A DNA stretch of 64,000 nt from an uncultured Candidatus Saccharibacteria bacterium (GTDB lineage Bacteria > Patescibacteriota > Minisyncoccia > Phycocordibacterales > GCA-2401445): contig CAYTAR010000004.1 of assembly GCA_964436015.1 (NCBI GenBank), positions 23,454 through 87,453 on the forward strand, given 5' to 3'. Under the pieces are notes generated by a model. That model saw only the letters and a program-made list of their open reading frames with translations, was not told the origin of the DNA and did no database searches. Numbering within the stretch: the stretch's first letter is position 1; each line of letters begins with the position of its first letter. This document shows, piece by piece, positions 58,483-64,000 of this stretch. Made by a program: the position numbers and the translations under genes.

Positions 58483-59500
58483 TCAAAGACGCATCTTGAG
58501 TTGCATATAACTGCTTGTAAATATGTAACAATGCAAAGAAAAGACTCAGCACAAGTGGTCCATAGAGGAAGCCTATTGGACCAAAGAACAACAATCCTCC
58601 GAGTACAGAAAACAAAATCAGTAACGGATGAACATGTTGTCCACGACCATAAAAATATGGAATCATAATATTATCAATCATACCCACAAGCACCGCACCC
58701 CACCCAAGTAACCCAACTGAATACCAGATTGATGGTTCTTGAAAATAAAGATAAATTACGCTTGGAATCAAAACGAGTCCTGTGCCGATACCTGGAATAA
58801 ATGCCGTAATTGAGGCAACAGTGCCCCACAGTATTGCATTCGGAACTCCAAAGAGATACAGTCCAAAACCAACAAAAACTCCTTGCGCAAGTCCAACCGC
58901 AACTGATCCAACCACAACCGCATGTACTGTTTGGCGAAGTTTTTGGATAATTTCCCTATCTGAAGTATCACTCAGTGGAGAGAGTGAAATGAGAGTCTCT
59001 CTAAACTTTTCTCCATCTCTCACAAAAAAGAAAAGTGCAACTACTCCCAAAATGAACTGGAACAGCGTATTGGCGGTACTTGAGAAAATTGTACCCAAGT
59101 GCTCTCCAATCCATAGCGCCATTTGTTTAATGACCAGCTCAACATCAAGCGTTACCTCTGGGAGTACTTTTGTAAGCAATGCGTTAATCTGATCTGCAAG
59201 TTTCCCAACATATTCAACCCCAGTTACACTTACGGTGATTGACTGCTTAATCAACTCTGATATTAAAAAAGATGCAGGAAGTGCGACAAGTGCAATTACT
59301 CCAACAACCACCAACGCTGATGCGATATTTGCATTAATTTTCTTGTTAATTAGAGTTCTGTACACAGGGCGGACTAGCATAGCAACAATAAGCGAAAGTG
59401 CAATAACATTTACAAACGGCCACATAACAAACCCGAGCAACACTAACACACTGATAAAAATCGCCGAAAAGAAATATAATTGTATTCTGTTCATATACAT
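58460..59500 (-). CDS. AI-2E family transporter (UPF0118/PerM)
   Basis: 8 TM, AI-2E-like topology and motifs. Confidence 0.7.
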   Translation of the reverse strand: MYMNRIQLYFFSAIFISVLVLLGFVMWPFVNVIALSLIVAMLVRPVYRTLINKKINANIASALVVVGVIALVALPASFLISELIKQSITVSVTGVEYVGKLADQINALLTKVLPEVTLDVELVIKQMALWIGEHLGTIFSSTANTLFQFILGVVALFFFVRDGEKFRETLISLSPLSDTSDREIIQKLRQTVHAVVVGSVAVGLAQGVFVGFGLYLFGVPNAILWGTVASITAFIPGIGTGLVLIPSVIYLYFQEPSIWYSVGLLGWGAVLVGMIDNIMIPYFYGRGQHVHPLLILFSVLGGLLFFGPIGFLYGPLVLSLFFALLHIYKQLYATQDASLSESQNVV

Positions 59501-59627
59501 ATACTAGCCATAATATCACATTTACACACGACACATATTACTCCCCACTGTTTTATATCTGGCATAAAACAAAAAATACCCCAGAAGAGAGTATTTTAAT
59601 GTTATAGATATACACAAAACCTGTAGG

Positions 59628-60563
59628 CTATTTATCAGAACTCAGTGTGGTGTTAATGACGTTAAGTACTTTTGCTTTTCCGACATCCGATGTCCCTCCT
59701 TTCACATCTTGTACCAACAGCTCTGACTCCAACTTCTCTTTAAGTGCATTTACTTCAGTATCTTTTCGAGCAAAAATATGCCACCATGGAAAACGAACTT
59801 TTACCTTTGGCTGTGTGTCAACCCCACCGTCTAATTGAATTGAGATTTCCTGTGTGAGATTAATTGGAAATACACCAAGTAACTTAACAGTGCTTTCATA
59901 ATTAATAGCTATCTTGTTGTCAGAGAAATTAATTTTCTCAACCTTCTCATCGTAACGCGCAATAACTTCCGCAAATTGTTCCAAGTCTTCTTTTGTCTCA
60001 ACTTTTTCTGGAACAAATCTCACCACTGAAGGCTCTGGAGGGGTTGTTTTCGCTTTTACTGAAGAAGTTGAGATGTTCTCTTCCTCTGTGTATATATTGC
60101 TTTTTATTTCAAGCACCGGACTAGTTGAACTAGTACTTGTTCCACTTTCAACAGTTACGAATCTGTCAGTGTTTGTCGCCGAAGTAGATTGCATACGGAC
60201 CACTGAACCCACAATAACAATCTCTTTTGATTTCTCTTGCTGAGGAGTGGCTTGAGTCGTTGTGCTTACCTCAGTTGACGACGTACTGACGTCAAGACTT
60301 GATGTTGCATTTGTAGTTGATGAGAACACCCCATCAAGTAGATTAGTGCTACTCGCCGTCGTTGTTCCAGTACTTGTGCCAATGAGAACCGTTGTAACTT
60401 CAGTTGAGGTTGAACCTTCATACAGTACGGGGACAGAAAGCGTCTTTAAAACACTCGCCTCGCTTTGTGCGAACACGAAATTCGGCATACATACCGTTGC
60501 AAAAGCCACATAAAGTGACAAAAATTGTATATACTTCATAGAAAACAAATAAATGTAGTACAT
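59628..60563 (-). CDS. secreted Ser/Thr-rich protein with C-terminal folded domain
   Basis: Signal peptide, long S/T-rich low-complexity region. Confidence 0.35.
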   Translation of the reverse strand: MYYIYLFSMKYIQFLSLYVAFATVCMPNFVFAQSEASVLKTLSVPVLYEGSTSTEVTTVLIGTSTGTTTASSTNLLDGVFSSTTNATSSLDVSTSSTEVSTTTQATPQQEKSKEIVIVGSVVRMQSTSATNTDRFVTVESGTSTSSTSPVLEIKSNIYTEEENISTSSVKAKTTPPEPSVVRFVPEKVETKEDLEQFAEVIARYDEKVEKINFSDNKIAINYESTVKLLGVFPINLTQEISIQLDGGVDTQPKVKVRFPWWHIFARKDTEVNALKEKLESELLVQDVKGGTSDVGKAKVLNVINTTLSSDK

Positions 60564-60695
60564 GTGTGGTATATTCCTCCAACTGTAGCCTATTCATAAT
60601 CAACCATAACCACACATCTATTATACCACATTTTGCATAAAAACTCCATACTTCTTCTTTGCTACAAAAAAACGCCCATATACGGGCGTTTTTTA

Positions 60696-61220
60696 TTACT
60701 GTATACCTACGAGCTCTACATCAAACAATAGTGTTGCTTGTGGAGGAATAGGACCTCCTGGGGTTCCCCGTTCACCATATCCGAGGTGTGGTGGAATAGT
60801 AAGTCGTCTCTTTTCTCCAACTTTCATGCCTAAAATACCCTGATCCCACCCCGCAATAACCTGACCTACACCCAGCGTGAATTGAATCGGTTCTCCTCGA
60901 GGAATACTTGAATCAAACACAGTGCCGTCAGTGAGACTGCCAGTGTAATGTACCCGTGCAATTTTACCTGCTTCTATTTCAGGTCCTGATCCTTCTGCAA
61001 TAACTTCAATACCTAATGTTGTTGGTTCCATTTGATTACTAGTGTTAACCTCTAATAACGACTCTTCTTCGGGTACCGACAACTCGTCATTGGTACTAGA
61101 AAAAGAAGCTGAATCCACATCTTCTATAATTGATTCTGACTGAGTTGTGTCAGTCATATACACCCCTACTCCAATAAGTATGAGTACCACAGCGACTCCT
61201 CCTACGACATGTTTTGACAT
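60696..61220 (-). CDS. FKBP-type peptidyl-prolyl cis-trans isomerase, membrane-anchored
   Basis: [16 protein letters not shown]…[33 protein letters not shown]. Confidence 0.85.
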   Translation of the reverse strand: MSKHVVGGVAVVLILIGVGVYMTDTTQSESIIEDVDSASFSSTNDELSVPEEESLLEVNTSNQMEPTTLGIEVIAEGSGPEIEAGKIARVHYTGSLTDGTVFDSSIPRGEPIQFTLGVGQVIAGWDQGILGMKVGEKRRLTIPPHLGYGERGTPGGPIPPQATLLFDVELVGIQ

Positions 61221-61328
61221 AATACGCGTACTAATTAACGAACAATGCTACTATCCTACCATACTTGCAAAACTTATTCAGTACACACAAACTGATAGTG
61301 GTCTGATATACTTATATGATAACTACCC

Positions 61329-61817
61329 ATGCACAGAGGTTTTTCCCTAGTTGAAATACTGATCACCATCTCAATTATTGGAATACTTTCCAGTATTGTT
61401 TTGACCAATCTTACTGATTCTCGCGAACGTGCAAAAATTGCAAAAGCGCAACTTGAATTACGAGGAATACGAAATGCCGTACTTCTACTTTCAAGCGACA
61501 CACAACTCTGGCCGGGAGGTCTCGCGCTTGACTTAGTCGGCTGTGGGGCAAGTAATAATGAAATTGGAGACCTGTCTACCGACGAAGCCGGCATCGTCGG
61601 AAATGATGGAACTTTTGACCCAAACTGGAACGGACCCTACATGGAAAGTATTCCTGTTGACCCTTGGGGAAGAAACTATTTTTTTGATACCGATTACCAA
61701 ATTGAAGATACTAGCTGGACAGCCGTCCTTGGCTCACTTGGCCCAAATGGAGGAGCGATCAATGACTACGACAGCGATAATATTATTACTATTCTTGCGA
61801 GCTCAACCTGTCCGTAA
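61329..61817 (+). CDS. type IV pilin / pseudopilin-like protein with prepilin N-terminal methylation motif
   Basis: MHRG|FSLVEILITISIIGILSSIV class III signal peptide. Confidence 0.75.
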   Translation: MHRGFSLVEILITISIIGILSSIVLTNLTDSRERAKIAKAQLELRGIRNAVLLLSSDTQLWPGGLALDLVGCGASNNEIGDLSTDEAGIVGNDGTFDPNWNGPYMESIPVDPWGRNYFFDTDYQIEDTSWTAVLGSLGPNGGAINDYDSDNIITILASSTCP

Positions 61818-61878
61818 TAGAAAAAAATAACACATTGGTGTACCATGAAGAGTATTATTAAATAATCAATCTCCTTTC

Positions 61879-62247
61879 ATGTTTGAACATATACCTTTTT
61901 TTCTCGGTAAAATACTTTTTGGTGGTTTCTTTGTTATGTACGGAATCAACCATTTCATTAACCTTAAAAGTCTAAGTGAGTATGCGGGGTTCAAGAAAAT
62001 CCCCAAACCAAAACTTGCAACGCTCGTAACAGGAATTCTACTCGTCAGTGGAGGAGTTGGTGTGCTTTTTGAGTATCATATTTCAACCGCACTTATCCTT
62101 CTTATTATTTTTTTGATTCCAACCTCACTCTTAATGCACAACTTTTGGATCTGCACCTCCCCTTCCGAACGGCAAAGTGAAAAGACACAATTTATGAAAA
62201 ACATGGCACTTGCTGGTGCGTGCCTACTCCTTTTTAGTTCGCTATAA
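61879..62247 (+). CDS. DoxX-family membrane protein
   Basis: 4 TM, DoxX-like. Confidence 0.6.
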   Translation: MFEHIPFFLGKILFGGFFVMYGINHFINLKSLSEYAGFKKIPKPKLATLVTGILLVSGGVGVLFEYHISTALILLIIFLIPTSLLMHNFWICTSPSERQSEKTQFMKNMALAGACLLLFSSL

Positions 62248-62262
62248 CATCCAAAACGCACA

Positions 62263-62291
62263 AACCCCAGCTCATGTGAGCTGGGGTTTTT
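62263..62291. terminator. rho-independent terminator
   Basis: aaaccccagctca-tgt-gagctggggttttt. Confidence 0.6.
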
Positions 62292-62657
62292 ATTAAAACT
62301 TGAAGAATGGTGTTTGTATGACTGATACTAGAGCCACCTCTATCACATTAAAAATAGTCATCACCATAGATTCAAGTTCACCGAACACATCTGAAAAAAG
62401 TAACTTTAGGGAAATTAGCACAAATACAAAGCCCACAGCTCTAAATATTCTCATACCGTGAGGAACGGTTTGATGCTACTGGTGCGCCGACTTCGCACTG
62501 GAACTAATTGTCCCTTCATAACCCTCCTCGCGCATACACAGGACACTTCACTGTATATCCGCGAGGAGGTGTTACCTTCTTTCTGAAAAGAACTCTACTC
62601 GAACAATATCATAACGACCGAGAAATACAAAGGTTTCTGCTATATACCCTTGGAAAT

Positions 62658-63851
62658 CTAGTGTATGTGCGCATGCACATGAGATTCAGTACCACCACCA
62701 TCCTCTTCTTTCACCCCATACCGACTCACCCAGACACACGCGAGCGCAGTTGAAAGTGGAACAGTCATGATTAACCCCACACTTCCTACGAGAGTACGTA
62801 CAATCTCAGTTGCAAAGACCTCTTGATTGATAATGGTAACAAGTGGCGCTGTTGAGGTGCTGAATAGTAAGAGCAATGGAAGTGACACTCCAGTATATGC
62901 GAGTACCAAGGTGTTTACTAAAGCCGATACGTGTTCTCTCCCCACACGAAGCGCTCGGGTGTAGAGCGATATGAACGTTTGGTTCGGCGCTACGCGCGCC
63001 AACTCATACACTACGGCAACTTGAGTAATTGCAATATCATCCAGTACTCCAAGAATACCGATAATAATTCCACCGAGAAGTAGTCCTCTGAAATCCAGTG
63101 CTCCGAATGTATTAAAATTGAGAAATACCGCCTCGTCACTTGCAAAACCAGTTAACTGTGTGACTGATACCGCGAGAGTTGCGAGAAGAGTTGTCAGTAG
63201 AACCGCCGTCACGGTTGAAATAAAAGCTAGTGTTGATTTCATGGTAAAACCATGCGTAAAATATAGTGCAAATGCAAGTACTCCTGCGGATACGAGCGCG
63301 CTCGCCACAATTGGGGATACCCCCCTCGTGATGAGGGGGAGTAGCACGAAGATAATTGCAAGCATACTCAACGTTAAACTTAAGAGAGACCTCACTCCTT
63401 GCTTCTTCCCCATAAGCACAACCGCAAGGATGAAAAATCCAAGTATCCACATAAGTCCTGGTATCCGATCAATATCTCGAACAGTATATATTTCTTGTCC
63501 GTTTATCGGTACTAAATAATTCAAGTAGAATGTCTGCCCAACACTGAGTACGAGATAATCATTAATTACTTCTATAACAGAACCTTCTTTCTCTCCTTCT
63601 AAAAGTTCTGCGCGAATAGTTTGAATGGTTTGTATTTTCTCTGTTCCCGGAAGTAATTCTTCCTCTGAATGAACAATCTCAACCACTCGCGCCTTGAGTA
63701 CTCCCTGCTGATCACGGTGTAATTCCTGGGAAAAAACAGCATGAGGAAATACGGTAAGACTTAAAACAAAAACAAACACACTGAAAGCAATGTGCTTGTT
63801 TTGTATTACACGTAGAAACATACTACTAACGTCGCTCGCGCGCAATTTCAA
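62658..63851 (-). CDS. YibE/F-family membrane protein
   Basis: N-terminal TM plus ectodomain, then ~7 TM with a YibE/F-like GVLDDIAITQ segment. Confidence 0.5.
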   Translation of the reverse strand: MKLRASDVSSMFLRVIQNKHIAFSVFVFVLSLTVFPHAVFSQELHRDQQGVLKARVVEIVHSEEELLPGTEKIQTIQTIRAELLEGEKEGSVIEVINDYLVLSVGQTFYLNYLVPINGQEIYTVRDIDRIPGLMWILGFFILAVVLMGKKQGVRSLLSLTLSMLAIIFVLLPLITRGVSPIVASALVSAGVLAFALYFTHGFTMKSTLAFISTVTAVLLTTLLATLAVSVTQLTGFASDEAVFLNFNTFGALDFRGLLLGGIIIGILGVLDDIAITQVAVVYELARVAPNQTFISLYTRALRVGREHVSALVNTLVLAYTGVSLPLLLLFSTSTAPLVTIINQEVFATEIVRTLVGSVGLIMTVPLSTALACVWVSRYGVKEEDGGGTESHVHAHIH

Positions 63852-64000
63852 TGAGTGCTTCTATCGTTGCTTGTTCTTGCGCTCCGTTAATCGGCCCTTT
63901 GTCTCCATTTGGTGCAATAACGATACTCCACGGGGTACCACGTCCTCCCGTTTTCACTGCTTCATCATAATGAGACTTAATCAATGCATCATGCTTTCCA
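63838..64000 (-). CDS. DsbA-like thioredoxin-domain protein, C-terminal fragment (gene continues beyond window)
   Basis: Own translation of the minus strand: …GGRGTPWSIVIAPNGDKGPINGAQEQATIEALIEIARERR*. Confidence 0.4.

Noticed and set aside
1-64000. CRISPR array or cas genes
   Set aside because: No regularly spaced direct repeats of 25-40 bp with unique spacers were seen. The repeats present are heptamer tracts and tRNA-associated duplications.

Overview
This 64 kb window is AT-rich and gene-dense, mostly minus-strand, with small, tightly packed or overlapping genes. The gene content (minimal cell-wall and chaperone set, many small membrane or secreted hypotheticals, a pilin-like protein, a VirD4/HerA-like ATPase) suggests a reduced-genome, possibly CPR/Patescibacteria-like bacterium; that placement is inference only.

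Housekeeping content I can support from the sequence:
- Cell wall and division: murC, murD, murJ, alr, pgeF-like, FtsB-like.
- Translation, RNA and protein handling: rsmI, lepA, groES/groEL, secG, RNase J, htpX/lemA, FKBP.
- Redox and repair: msrB, glutaredoxin-like proteins, a DsbB-like/thioredoxin pair, Nth-like and MutY-like glycosylases, Nudix, PCD.
- Other: pyrH-like, MFS, AI-2E, DoxX, an orphan ABC substrate-binding protein.
- RNA genes not on the ORF track: RNase P RNA (minus strand, ~33580-33892), tRNA-Arg(CCT) and tRNA-Ser(GGA), both with nearby repeats of their 3-prime ends.

The most interesting region is the left 15 kb:
- A phosphonate-biosynthesis pair sits at the window edge. It is a cytidylyltransferase–PEP mutase fusion carrying the diagnostic EDKxxxxxNS motif, followed by a thiamine-dependent phosphonopyruvate decarboxylase.
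- This pair is directly attached to a surface-glycan locus: a polysaccharide deacetylase, three SAM methyltransferases, four glycosyltransferases, GtrA, and a UDP-glucose-dehydrogenase-like protein.
- Inside the locus is a secreted protein with two LamG-like lectin domains. The locus ends in a membrane-anchored LTD-PKD-LTD surface protein that is translationally coupled to a VirD4/HerA-like ATPase.
- I read this as a candidate phosphono-glycan cell-surface decoration system.

Other features:
- A TrpR-like gene bracketed by two identical perfect palindromes.
- A GC-rich, hairpin-dense 700 bp non-coding block upstream of tRNA-Arg.
- An 83 bp direct repeat that includes the tRNA-Ser 3-prime end.
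- AGAGATT heptamer tracts in two upstream regions.
- A consensus sigma70 promoter driving a possibly leaderless micro-ORF.
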